64,000 bases of DNA from an uncultured Nitrososphaeraceae archaeon (GCA_963825865.1 CAWGVG010000003.1:1-64000), one strand, 5' to 3'; positions 1 to 10,293 are shown, numbered from the stretch's first letter. Notes: a model not told the origin generated them from the letters alone. Program-made: numbers and translations.

Positions 1-482
1 AGCCTGCAAATGCAGATATAGGTGGAATAAATTGCACCATGACTCCAACATTTGGTTGTAACTGAGAAACAGAAGAAGCACCAGGTCCGCTTGTAATGAC
101 TGAAAGAATCCCAGAACCTATTAACCCAGCAAATATCATAGTTAGTGTTGTGCGCAGCACCTCCTACATTCATTCCAACAAGATGAATCCACGCAAGTAC
201 CAGTTTGAATCCACGAATACTCTTTCTCATATCGATTGCAAGGTGGTGGTAAAAAGTCGCTGTGACTGCTATTGCCACTACCAATATCATATAAAAAATA
301 TACCCAAGAAAGAACCATTTAGCTGGACCTTCAAATGACAAAGAGAGGAACTGGATAATATTGATTTTAGAAGAGAATAGTATTTGAATTGAAACAATTG
401 ATATAGTGAGTCCTGTAATTATTGCACCCTGAATTATTGCAGATATTATAAACCTGTTACTCCAGACTCCATGGATAGACAT
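1..482 (-). CDS. Conserved thaumarchaeal multi-pass membrane protein, runs off the left edge, one frameshift near 155
   Basis: Manual translation from ATG at 482: MSIHGVWSNRFIISAIIQGAIITGL...WFFLGYIFYMILVVAIAVTATFYHHL...LAWIHLVGMNVGGAA, then after a frameshift TTLTMIFAGLIGSG. Several hydrophobic helices. Missing from the ORF track because no stop occurs before the edge. Confidence 0.7.
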   Translation of the reverse strand, partial: MSIHGVWSNRFIISAIIQGAIITGLTISIVSIQILFSSKINIIQFLSLSFEGPAKWFFLGYIFYMILVVAIAVTATFYHHLAIDMRKSIRGFKLVLAWIHLVGMNVGGAAHNTNYDICWVNRFWDSFSHYKRTWCFFCFSVTTKCWSHGAIYSTYICICR

Positions 483-914
483 ATGATAACAATCTTGATA
501 TAATTTACAACATGCAAATAATAGTTTCTATGAAATACTGACTTAGATGATAAAAAAAGAATTTCAGAAGATATAGTAATGTAACTCATTAGTGTTCTAT
601 TTCCACTCCTACTTTCCTGAGTTGCCCGTTTCGTCTGCGTCATATTCAATAACTTCAATGCGAGTATAGGGGCAGGGATAAAAACAGACGTAGAATCTGT
701 TACGTTAAGTGTAGTTGACTTCGCTAAGTATGTTTTATGAATTATCTTAAAAAATTACACCAAAACCTGTATCTTTCCAACCTAAATTGTCATATCAACT
801 CAAATTTCTATTGCAGTATAGAAGAAGGTTTGTGAATATGAGCAATAGTAGCTGTCAGCTATAAGCCTTGAATTTTTAAGTCGTGATTTAAGAACGTAAG
901 TAACCTTTCATATA

Positions 915-1260
915 CTAAGGCTGTCTTCTCAACGAATGGTGCGTGACCTGCATCCGGTATTTTTGTGCATTGAGATGCTTGGAACTTTTTTGAAATATAT
1001 CAGCATAATCGATTGGTTTTAGTGGTATCAATTTATCTTCTTCACCCCATATGATTAAACAAGGAATATCTTCAATTTTCTTGAATCCTTCTGGTTTAAT
1101 TTGTGTAGGTGTACTGTTATCAAAGGCTGATGTGAATGCATGTTTTGCCCCTTGCTGCTCAATTATCGCAATAAAAGTATCGACCACTACTGGAAGCAAC
1201 CTTGAACGATCCGCATACAAGTCCTCAAATACGTTTTGGACTTTCTTATATCTTAATATC
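915..1260 (-). pseudogene. Alpha/beta-hydrolase C-terminal fragment
   Basis: IPCLIIWGEEDKLIP is the typical acid-residue strand of alpha/beta hydrolases. The N-terminal half is absent. Confidence 0.6.
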
Positions 1261-1566
1261 TTCTTCGTTTATACTCGCCATTATAAAATTTTTGATATAA
1301 ATTGCACCATTCGTCATTGCTAAGGGTTAAATTTTCAAGGATATCTTTAATTTTTCCACATGATGAGAACGCACGGCAACCTGAGTTGCTTGTAACATTG
1401 TTGTGATGAAAATCTGATTATGACATAGATTATCTACACTGAAATTCTCAACTACGTTTGGAGGACATAAGGCCTTTCCACAACCAAAACTTTGTGAGAT
1501 GTATTTTTATGAATATAGGTTTGAACCGCAAGACTATCTACCTAGCATCTAGACGGCCTAATGTTT

Positions 1567-2178
1567 CTATTTGGATGTATAAGCTTTGTAAATCTCCCCC
1601 ATATCGGGAGCAACATATTTCCAATCATCACCGAGATTTGATACAAGTTCAAATCGTTCCTGTGTATTGGGATGTAATAACTTATAGACATTCTCCCCTA
1701 CAGATATTTTGTTAGGACCAGTTATGGAAGTTATCTTTGCTGTTACGTTCATCGTATAACCAAGTATGTCAATTTGTGAGCTCCTGTCGTATCCATATTG
1801 AACAACTACATTTTCCCCTTCGTCTATACCAATTTTTAACTTCAAGGCAGGGTAATCATATTTACTTAATATTGGATTAAGTCTAGTAGTTACAACAGTA
1901 AGTATTGATTCTGCACAACGAACTGCCTTATCACAGGTAAGATATTTGTTAAAACCGGAAGGAAAGAATGCTATGACTGCGTCGCCCACGTACTTCAGTA
2001 CAAATCCGTCATAACTTTCCACTACAGAGGACATCTCATGTGAAAAAGCCCTGATAATTGTAACCAGTTTATCTGCCGGCAGTGTCATGCTCATTTTAGT
2101 AGAGCCAACTAGGTCTACAAACATAATAACTAGTGATATCTTGGAACTTACGTATTTACGAAGAAAATCCTGACCACG
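1567..2178 (-). CDS. Class III adenylate/guanylate cyclase catalytic domain, probably the C-terminal domain of an FDH-cyclase fusion
   Basis: Motifs FVDLVGST (metal Asp), KYVGDAV (Lys plus second Asp), KIGIDEG and DILGYTMNVTAKI. The frame stays open upstream of Met 2124 (RGQDFLRKYVSSKISLVI) up to the T8 tract at 2179-2186 with no start codon. Confidence 0.9.
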   Translation of the reverse strand, partial: RGQDFLRKYVSSKISLVIMFVDLVGSTKMSMTLPADKLVTIIRAFSHEMSSVVESYDGFVLKYVGDAVIAFFPSGFNKYLTCDKAVRCAESILTVVTTRLNPILSKYDYPALKLKIGIDEGENVVVQYGYDRSSQIDILGYTMNVTAKITSITGPNKISVGENVYKLLHPNTQERFELVSNLGDDWKYVAPDMGEIYKAYTSK

Positions 2179-3230
2179 AAAAAAAAGGCGTAGCTGTAAC
2201 TGGGACTCACCACCTTGCCATTATCCACAATAAGAAATTCTGCCTCGATAGGAAGTCCTCTCATATAACGGGTAAGACTTCCTTTCACTCCGTCAGCGTA
2301 CCGGCTTTGCGCTTCAAGAGTTGTCCCGGAGTAATGAGGTACCATCGCATGATTAGGCATGTGCCGCCAGGGATGATCTATTGGCGCAGGTTCAGGAAAC
2401 CACACGTCACCCGCATAGCCTGCCAGATGACCTTTCTCCAATGCTTCCACCAAGGCTGAAGTATCAACGATTTTTCCTCGTGCACAATTAACTAAATATG
2501 ATCCATTTTTCATGCTGAAAAGTAGGTCATGGTTAAACAGGCCTTCCGTTTCCGGTGTTAATGGAGTGGTAATACTAATGACATCGGATTGTTCAACTAG
2601 TTGTTGTAATGGTGTATATCGTATACCAAATACAAATTCCTCTGCAGTTGTCAGTCGAGGGAGGTTATAGTATAAAATTTTGACGTCAAATGCCTTCAGT
2701 AGTTTGCACACCCGTTGTCCAATTCTACCTGCCCCTATAATTCCAACAACCTTGTCTTCCAAATCATGAGAGTAAGCCGCAATTTCTGCAATATCCCATC
2801 TACCATCAAGAACCTGTTTGTATGCGGGCATATAGTTTCGCACAAGTGCCAAAATATGCATTACTATCTGTTCTGCGACACCTACGACGTTGCTTCCAGT
2901 AATCTCAGCCACAGTTATACCTCGTTCTGCCGCTGCTTGCAAATCGACGTGATCAGAACCAACACCAGCAGTTAGAATGAGTCGTAGCATGGGTGCCTTC
3001 GAGATTCGTTCTTTCGTGATGTAGGCGGGCCAAAAAGGAGTAGTGATCAGTATCTCTGTGGTAGATAGATGTTCATCAAGCTTATGCTCTTTGTCAGTCA
3101 ATACAACGAATTCATGGCCCTGTTTTTCGAGAAAATCTCTCAAGCCCAACGCGTTCTCCGCACAACCTAACAAGCCTGGGTTGTTTTTTGCTATCTCTCC
3201 GCCAGGGTAAAGAATCGCTAAAATTTTCAT
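2148..3230 (-). CDS. fdh: Metal-independent NAD(P)-dependent formate dehydrogenase
   Basis: LLGCAENALGLR, TTPFWPAY, TAGVGSDHVDL, GSNVVGVAE, GAGRIG, NCARG, GYAGDVWFPEPAP and PHYSGTT motifs of the FDH branch of D-2-hydroxyacid dehydrogenases. Confidence 0.93.
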   Translation of the reverse strand: MKILAILYPGGEIAKNNPGLLGCAENALGLRDFLEKQGHEFVVLTDKEHKLDEHLSTTEILITTPFWPAYITKERISKAPMLRLILTAGVGSDHVDLQAAAERGITVAEITGSNVVGVAEQIVMHILALVRNYMPAYKQVLDGRWDIAEIAAYSHDLEDKVVGIIGAGRIGQRVCKLLKAFDVKILYYNLPRLTTAEEFVFGIRYTPLQQLVEQSDVISITTPLTPETEGLFNHDLLFSMKNGSYLVNCARGKIVDTSALVEALEKGHLAGYAGDVWFPEPAPIDHPWRHMPNHAMVPHYSGTTLEAQSRYADGVKGSLTRYMRGLPIEAEFLIVDNGKVVSPSYSYAFFFVVRIFFVNT

Positions 3231-3796
3231 ATGAAATCTATTCTGAGTAGATTAGTTAAATCTTCTTAGAATGATGATTAAACAAGGAGAAATGACCATA
3301 CTACCTGAATCTCATAAAGTTTGACGGAGTTTTAAGAGTAAAACGTTTGACCAGCCGTTTCTCTTTTATCTGTATTCATTTCGTCATCCGCTCTAATCCC
3401 ATATTGTGTTTTCAACTATAGCAAACTGTGTTTGTCAATTGTCAATAGATGAATGTTCCATCTGCTTGGTAAAAGAAAAAACCTAGAACGTACAAAATAG
3501 GGGCTCATAATTGAATTGAGACATTCGGAGCATATGTAACTAACGATTCTTTGTTTAAACGTGCCTACGATGATTAAATTATTGCCAGATAAACCTTCTA
3601 TTAGCACCGATATTTGTATATTAAAACATCTTGCGACGGTAGTGTAACTTTAAATGCTAACGGTTATATCGGAGTCTAAAAGCTAAATTCATGGCTCATA
3701 TACATGAAAATATCTAACACGTCTGGGCTTCCGTGGTCCATAATTGAACAAATTTGCGTATAGTACCAACCATTCGTCAATTTTTTTGTAATTAAT

Positions 3797-4841
3797 AGAT
3801 CTCTTGCGTAATTAGGAGCTATAGTCTAACACCCTACTTGTTTTAGCCGTCTTCTTAGATTGAAATGCTGTCAGACTGTATAACTCTGAAGTTCAGGAGA
3901 CGGATATTATATCAGATACGTTATTGTACTTCCTTAATCTGTTTCTAAATTTAGTACCCATTATTCCAAACTTTTTGATCTTACATATGGTATGTTCTAC
4001 TATGATCCTTAGCCTAGAATGATTCTTGTTGTAAGTTCTTTCATCACATGAAAGCAATGTACCCTTTTTCTTTTTGATACCAAGTACAGACTTTACAGTG
4101 GGAAAGTCCTTTTCAATGCCAAGATAACCAAGATCAACTATGTTTTCAACTTGTGATGGAGTTATAGAATGATTGTGTTTGTAAATGTCATAATCATGTT
4201 TTCTTCCACTTCTGTGACCTGTCTTATGCAGTATCAATCCTTCACTGTTTACCATCAATTGTGTCTTGACAGTATGTTTCTTCTTTCTCCCTGAATAGTA
4301 ACTCTTCCTTCTTCTTTTGTTCTTAGGTCTTGGAATTTCTTGTTCTGTAGAGTCTATGAAAGCCTTGAATCCAGGAAAGTACTCTTCTACTTCATCTATA
4401 GTTCTTAATCTCCTAGTACGTTTGTATATCTTCTTTGGCAATGGAATACACTCCTTGATAAGTGGTTCCATCATTGATATATCTCTACAAACATTGCTTT
4501 GATCAAGGTCAAACAGAAATCCTGATAATGTATATGTAATGTATAATCTGTAGTATACTAGAAGCATAACGAATCTTTCTTTAACTTTAAGCTTAAATGG
4601 TCTACCAGCACCTATATCCCGTATTCTCGTCCTTGATAGAAGACGTCTTCTTTCGTGCTCTTCGTAGTTATGTTCAATTTCGTTACAAATGGATTCAAAT
4701 TCAGATACAGTTACTCCGGTAAATGACCTGAATATCAAAGGTTTCTTACATAATTTGCTATAGGACATCAAAGAGCTTGTCAGATAGATATCCTATGTGA
4801 AGAGGAATATAGCTCTAAGCTTCTAATTACACAAGAGATCT
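3797..4841 (-). mobile_element. IS5-family (ISL2-like) insertion sequence, complete
   Basis: Terminal inverted repeats AGATCTCTTGCGTAATTAGGAGC and AGATCTCTTGTGTAATTAGAAGC (reverse complement of the right end). Flanked by an apparent 3-bp AAT target duplication. Encodes a DDE transposase. Confidence 0.85.
3893..4771 (-). CDS. DDE transposase (HTH + DDE_Tnp_4 type), last residues frameshifted
   Basis: FRSFTG N-terminus, LVYYRLY..LSGFLF.LDQSNVCR HTH, FIDSTEQ, YSGRKKKH, HDY, DLGYLG and RIIVEHTI. Confidence 0.9.
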   Translation of the reverse strand: MMSYSKLCKKPLIFRSFTGVTVSEFESICNEIEHNYEEHERRRLLSRTRIRDIGAGRPFKLKVKERFVMLLVYYRLYITYTLSGFLFDLDQSNVCRDISMMEPLIKECIPLPKKIYKRTRRLRTIDEVEEYFPGFKAFIDSTEQEIPRPKNKRRRKSYYSGRKKKHTVKTQLMVNSEGLILHKTGHRSGRKHDYDIYKHNHSITPSQVENIVDLGYLGIEKDFPTVKSVLGIKKKKGTLLSCDERTYNKNHSRLRIIVEHTICKIKKFGIMGTKFRNRLRKYNNVSDIISVS

Positions 4842-5784
4842 AATAATGATGTATGCAGTAGTTGCATTTAGTTACGCTGGTTACGGTATATGGAGAGTAG
4901 GGAATACTTTCCTGCTAATGAGATCATGACATGATCACAAATAGATCAACGCTTCTTTGCGACAGTTACTTTAAAAATCAAGATTTACCGATCATTTTTT
5001 TGAGACAAAAGTGACTATTTTTCAATCTATAGTCTTCCATATGATGTAACTGCTGTAACTACTGTGACGGGATTCTTAATCCATTTTCCAGTTTTAAGAA
5101 TCAGTCAAAATCTTAATTTTATCAGGGATGTCGTAGCATGTTCAACCTTCGCAGGAAGTATTTTTATTGTCTCCAATATAGTATTCTTTTTGATATTTGG
5201 TAAATGGTATATAGATGTAAGATCTATAGGTATAATATCTGCTGTCTTTATGTTCTATACTCTTAAAGAGTTTGATAAATATATAACAAAATATTTAAAA
5301 TAACTTTATAATTGCCTCTACTCCCAACGACTATTTCCATATCATACATATACTTATGAGTACAATTTCATCGTGTTCTGGGTAAAAACAGAAGAACAGT
5401 ATCACCAAATGGCTCACGGCAATAATAAGGACTCTGGTTTGATATTTTTTGTAATGCAATGCAGCAAAACTATTCGGTCTAGGAATCCCAAAAAATCTGC
5501 TGTCTCTTCTTCAGAGCTGACAAATGATATGAATCTAAATGATGACGGCAGTGAATCAATTTACTTAAACCCCAAGCTAAAATTCTGAATAAATCCCAGA
5601 AAGATTTGTAATATATTTTTTAACATTTTGAATCGGCTTGTAATATCAATATAATAATAAAAACCATTGAAACCAGATCCAAGGTTGTGAAATATAGACA
5701 GACAAACTCGATAAGCTGAAAATCAAATACAATCTGAGTATCGTGCCATACTATAGCAAATCTTCTAGTAACATCGGTAGTATT

Positions 5785-5856
5785 AGAGCCTATCCCAAAA
5801 TTATCCTCCTGTAGACAATAAAACAGCAAGCTAAAGAGACGAGCGCAAGATAGTAG
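5785..5856 (-). mobile_element. 3' end remnant of an IS5-family element (copy A)
   Basis: Minus strand encodes YLALVSLACCFIVYRRIILG*, a typical IS5 transposase C-terminus. Highly similar to 25934-26002. Confidence 0.6.
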
Positions 5857-6038
5857 TAGCTTCTTAGCTCCGACTTGTAGTTAGTGACAATAAGCACCGA
5901 AATCATTCACTAGACAAATTTGGTCACAATGATGCAGACCTTCTCGTGGTGTGACTGACATGTTTGGTTATGAAAAATCTTATTTTTAAATTTGATTGCT
6001 GCTGTCGTTGTATTTGTAGAAAATATGGTGTTGTTCTA

Positions 6039-6302
6039 CTATTTTCGAGTAGTAGTCTTCCGCCTAGATTGCATAGATAGCAATATTTTAGATTCTTCTA
6101 CTTTATTCGTTGCTCTCAATTTTGCTTTATATTTCAAATTTCTCGGCTTTGTTCTTAATCTGTATCCACAGCATGGGCACCACAATCCATCCCACATGAT
6201 AAATAGCTCACATATCTGGCAACGCTTTTGTCCCATAGAATAACGACCAGATCCAACTGGCTTTTGTGCCTTGTGGCGTATACATATACCTTTACAAGTC
6301 AT
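6039..6302 (-). CDS. Conserved thaumarchaeal Cys-rich zinc-finger protein
   Basis: CKGIC, KRCQIC and WCPCCGYRLR motifs. Confidence 0.85.
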   Translation of the reverse strand: MTCKGICIRHKAQKPVGSGRYSMGQKRCQICELFIMWDGLWCPCCGYRLRTKPRNLKYKAKLRATNKVEESKILLSMQSRRKTTTRK

Positions 6303-6518
6303 TTCTTTACATTTTCTTCCTTTAGTATCAAATTGTAATTGATGTTTTTATACTTTAATAGAATATGCCGGTAAAGTTCTAGACAAATATATCAAAAATA
6401 TTTCATAGTTTTGCTTCTGTTTTTGTTTTTTCGCATGTATATTAGTAATATGCTTGTAAGTATTACCATAACATTCTATGGAAACGATTAATATTGTGAA
6501 TGTTGGCTCGTTATATCG

Positions 6519-6971
6519 TTGGAAGAGTGCGACTTCCTTGACGACATATGCTTGACCGTATTATCTGCAAGCAAAGACGTTAGTTTCGCAGCTGTGGTAG
6601 ATGTCAATGGAAAGCTCATTGTTGGCAAATATAGAAGAAAGGTAGACAGAAGGTTAGTAACAAAAACAACAACTCCTATACCTGATTCCAGTGGTCAATA
6701 TCATCAAACAACAAGTTGTTACCTTTTCTATGTAGGTTATTTGCTTAAGGCTATACGGCAATCTCATTTTGAAAGCAGATGCATAAGAGAAAAACAAGAA
6801 GCAAAGAACATAAAAGAAGTTAATTTTGATGTAATTGATATCAACAATAAAATAAAGTTGGCTATTACTCCACTAACACAGTGCAAAGACAAATTCCTTT
6901 GTGTATATCTCGAATCTCCAGTTGCCGAATCTTATCAAGAGATAATTATGAAGATAAATAACACCATATAG
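6519..6971 (+). CDS. Roadblock/profilin-like (DUF6659-like) hypothetical protein
   Basis: VSFAAVVDVNGKLIVGKYR N-terminal pattern and KLAITPL..DKFLCVYLE C-terminal strands. Confidence 0.55.
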   Translation: MEECDFLDDICLTVLSASKDVSFAAVVDVNGKLIVGKYRRKVDRRLVTKTTTPIPDSSGQYHQTTSCYLFYVGYLLKAIRQSHFESRCIREKQEAKNIKEVNFDVIDINNKIKLAITPLTQCKDKFLCVYLESPVAESYQEIIMKINNTI

Positions 6972-7267
6972 AAGACGATATAATGGCATAATCAGAGAGA
7001 CACATATGCTAATTCCGATCTCATTGTAACTCTGAGTTACAAAAATTATATCTATTTGTATGAAAATGTTATTTTTAAAGGGGTCTACATGCTAAGAGAA
7101 AAATGGAGTCAGTTTAACTTATAGTTATCATCTGTATAGGATAAAAGATAAAAAAGCTATAGATGATAATTATGCTACGACAATAATAGACAGATAGTGT
7201 CAACAACAACGAAAGAACAATCAAAAAATGATGATGATGAATTAGTCTTAGAATAAAATTTTTATTG

Positions 7268-7384
7268 CTACTTTTCCAATGTTCTTTCTATGACTTCATG
7301 GCCAGTAGACTTTCTATGTTCCTTTGCCATCTCTTTATCTATAAAGTCTTTATCACAAGGCATGCAATGATATGACTCTTTCAT
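7268..7384 (-). CDS. 38-aa C2H2 zinc-finger microprotein (not in the ORF track)
   Basis: MKESYHCMPCDKDFIDKEMAKEHRKSTGHEVIERTLEK* fits Y-x-C-x2-C-x3-F-x8-H-x5-H. A BRE/TATA-like element lies upstream. Confidence 0.75.
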   Translation of the reverse strand: MKESYHCMPCDKDFIDKEMAKEHRKSTGHEVIERTLEK

Positions 7385-7413
7385 ATACTTATAGATAATC
7401 ACTTAACAATAAT

Positions 7414-7427
7414 AATTAAAAAGTTTC
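7414..7427 (-). promoter_or_regulatory. Archaeal BRE-TATA promoter for the C2H2 microprotein
   Basis: Minus strand reads GAAACTTTTTAATT about 30 nt upstream of ATG 7384. Confidence 0.5.
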
Positions 7428-7776
7428 ATAATGGAGAGCAACATCATGAATACATCAGTGGTTGTAGACGTTGAAGCACACATAGGACGTTACACGATAA
7501 CAATGATCAGAAAAGATAGGTATATGATGGAAAACTTGCAGCATAAGAATTTCTTAAATGATACAGAATTTGGCCTGCAATAAAATATAGTAGTAAGAAT
7601 AGAAAATATTCAGCAGGTCTTGAGGGGCCTGTCGCAGATTTCGCAATGAAGAGTATAGCGGCATGTCTGGCTGTAGAGTAACAATTACGGATAGAAGTAT
7701 AGAAGAATCTCATTGTCGTTTGCGATCATTTGCCTGTTTTTGATAATGACTGAATAGTTTTAACTAATCTCTACTA

Positions 7777-7986
7777 CTAGTTATAGAGATTATTATGCTG
7801 CATATAGTTTTTACCGTGCGTTGTTACTAATAACTTACCACACTTTTCGCAATAAAGCGAACCACATGTTAAACAAATGATTGATTTCTCTTCTTTGCCT
7901 ATGATTGAAATAAAGTCGTGTTCATGTATTCTAATATCATTTCTGAATTCTCTAATAATGCTATCATCTTCATTTGTTCGAACCAT
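7777..7986 (-). CDS. Small Zn-binding protein
   Basis: HEHDF...ICLTCGSLYCEKCGK, i.e. His plus two CxxC. Confidence 0.7.
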   Translation of the reverse strand: MVRTNEDDSIIREFRNDIRIHEHDFISIIGKEEKSIICLTCGSLYCEKCGKLLVTTHGKNYMQHNNLYN

Positions 7987-8404
7987 GCAGTACAGTATAG
8001 AACAATGAACTATAAAACATTACAGATAAAAATCCTATAAAAATTCGCATTAATGCTATATTTCTTGTATTATCAACAGAATTAGAGGAGTAGCAATCAA
8101 CAAGAAACAATCTTTTGATTCCAATAGAGAATGCTATTCAATTCCAAAAGAAGAAAGCCTGAATGTTGGTCTCTCTCTTAATGCAAATCTCCCTCTATTC
8201 CAAAACCTATTAAACAAGCAGTAGAAAAGAACTTAAAGATATCAAAGTAGAGGTTCAGGTTATGACAAACTAATATTTTACAATTATTTTCTGGTTGTAA
8301 CAGTTCAGTTTTGCGCTACTATTGCTCACCAGCTTTATTAGCAAAAGTCTTCATATCGGACAATCCTCGCAGTCCTTCAACTTCTAACTTGAAGATATTT
8401 GTCG

Positions 8405-8695
8405 CTATTTGCTGAGCTCAAGGCCTTTTTTGTAATCAAAAAGATTAACTGTTATGAGAGAGAGGTTTGCATAGCATTCTGCTTTTCCAGCTTTATCATC
8501 TATTTCAGCGATTTTATTTTTTTGTGTCAAGGCCTTTTTTATGTAGTAAATACCTTTCCGAGCTCGATCTTCCCGACTAAAGTTGTAGTTGTTTTTGTAT
8601 TGTTCATTATATATTCTCAATTCAATATCATCTGTATATTTGAGCTGAATGCTTTTTGAAAAGCTGGATTTCGTATGCATAAAGCTAGAGTTCAA
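8405..8695 (-). pseudogene. TPR protein fragment
   Basis: KGIYYIKKAL...IAEIDDKAGKAECYANLSL...DYKKGLEL is a TPR pattern, ending prematurely. Confidence 0.5.
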
Positions 8696-8767
8696 TAAAT
8701 AAATTTAAGAACTATTAAAGGCTCTAACTTTTGGGAAATTTGAGCGACGCTGAAAGTTCAGCCTGAG

Positions 8768-9079
8768 GTGGGAAGGGAGGAAGAGAAGGAAGATTTTTGG
8801 TCTGAGTGGTTAGATTTTGACCAATCTAACATTACTACTACTGCTATTCCTGAGAAGTTGGGAGTCTTTAAGGTACATGCAAGTATGAAAATTCTATACA
8901 TAGGAAGTAGTATGAATCTGAGACAATCGTTGTTAGAATCGGTATCAGATCCTTGTATAGGCAAGGCAAAGAGATTTAGTTATTTAGTTACAGAAAAAGC
9001 TGAACAAGTAAAAGATCAATTGCTCAAGGAATATCGTGAAAGCCATGGTGGGAACTTGCCTGCATGTATGGAGAAATGA
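8768..9079 (+). CDS. Small GIY-YIG-like domain protein
   Basis: IPEKLGVFKV..MKILYIGSSMNLRQSL matches the GIY-YIG strands. C-terminus is HGGNLPACM. Confidence 0.65.
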   Translation: MGREEEKEDFWSEWLDFDQSNITTTAIPEKLGVFKVHASMKILYIGSSMNLRQSLLESVSDPCIGKAKRFSYLVTEKAEQVKDQLLKEYRESHGGNLPACMEK

Positions 9080-9778
9080 ATGAATAGTGAATTCAGAAAT
9101 TGATAATGCGGACCAAACACCTAGACTAATCGCATTTGATAGTGTAAATGTGATAGGAGTGCGGCTGTAAAACATGATAATAGCAATGATAATAACGGAG
9201 GTTCCCACGACAACGGAGGTGGTATGGGTGTTTTCAAAAGCCTATCAATCCAAGGTACAAACTTATTCTTCTTATTCTTATTTCGCCGTTAGTAAAACCT
9301 TCTGCCATCAACAGATTCTTGAGATAACTTTCTCAAGTGAATGTTGTGTGAGTACTATAACGAAACATGATCTCAAAAGATATTTTCAGAAACTTGAGAG
9401 TCTATGTTCTCTCCATGAGTAATAATAGAGAATGTGTCTTTTGCTTTCTTTCTTTCTTTGTGGCTACTTGTTTTCTAGTGAGAGAAAGTTTTTGTAGTAT
9501 CTCTTGATGCCTTATATACAATGTTACCATCGTAAGTAACAAATTATTATGTGTGGAAACCGTATGTTTAAGTATGATGCTCACTATTACTATAGTGAGC
9601 AGTGAATGTTTATCATTTTAATGATGGGTACGATGAAATTACACGCCTAATAATAAAGGCACAGTCGATAATAACTACGAAACAAAAAGGTTTCACATAG
9701 ATACATTCTATCAAAGCCTAGCTGAATTTGGTACCAAGTGTGCTTACCTCTGCTTACGGATGGTAAGAGGTTAGGTTT

Positions 9779-9976
9779 ATGCAAAAAATCTTGAAATCAG
9801 TAAACTCATTTGCGAATAATAAAGATAAGCCAAAATTCTGCGTATATTGCGGTAATATGGCTACTCAGGAAGCTTTCTTTGATGTCGGCGACGGCGTTAT
9901 TGTAATAGAGAAATACTGCGATAAATGTAATGGTAGAAGTAATTTACGACTGCGCAATAAAGATTTTTACAGCTAA
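9779..9976 (+). CDS. Small zinc-ribbon protein
   Basis: FCVYCGNMATQEAFF...IEKYCDKC (two CxxC). Confidence 0.75.
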   Translation: MQKILKSVNSFANNKDKPKFCVYCGNMATQEAFFDVGDGVIVIEKYCDKCNGRSNLRLRNKDFYS

Positions 9977-10071
9977 AAAGACCAATAATAACTATTGTTA
10001 CGTCATCTAAATCTAAGTATATATGTCTACAAGTTGTACACTTGAGCTACTGGAGTGAGTAAGTTAATTAA

Positions 10072-10293
10072 CTAGGTACGAGTTCTTATAAATTCCCTTA
10101 ATACATGTGCTTCCTCCCTATAAGCACGAATTGTTTGCGTTTTTCCATCAGGAAATGCCACTGTTACTGTTACTATATTCACTTCTGCATCTGAAGCAAA
10201 AACAGGAGGATATACCTTTTCTATTTTACAATTGGCAGCAAGTAATTTCTTTAGTTCAGAAATAGACTTAAACTCTTCAGATGATGATGACAT
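10072..10293 (-). CDS. Conserved hypothetical protein (Nitrososphaeraceae-type)
   Basis: Clean 73-aa ORF with ATG start and globular composition. Confidence 0.65.
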   Translation of the reverse strand: MSSSSEEFKSISELKKLLAANCKIEKVYPPVFASDAEVNIVTVTVAFPDGKTQTIRAYREEAHVLREFIRTRT

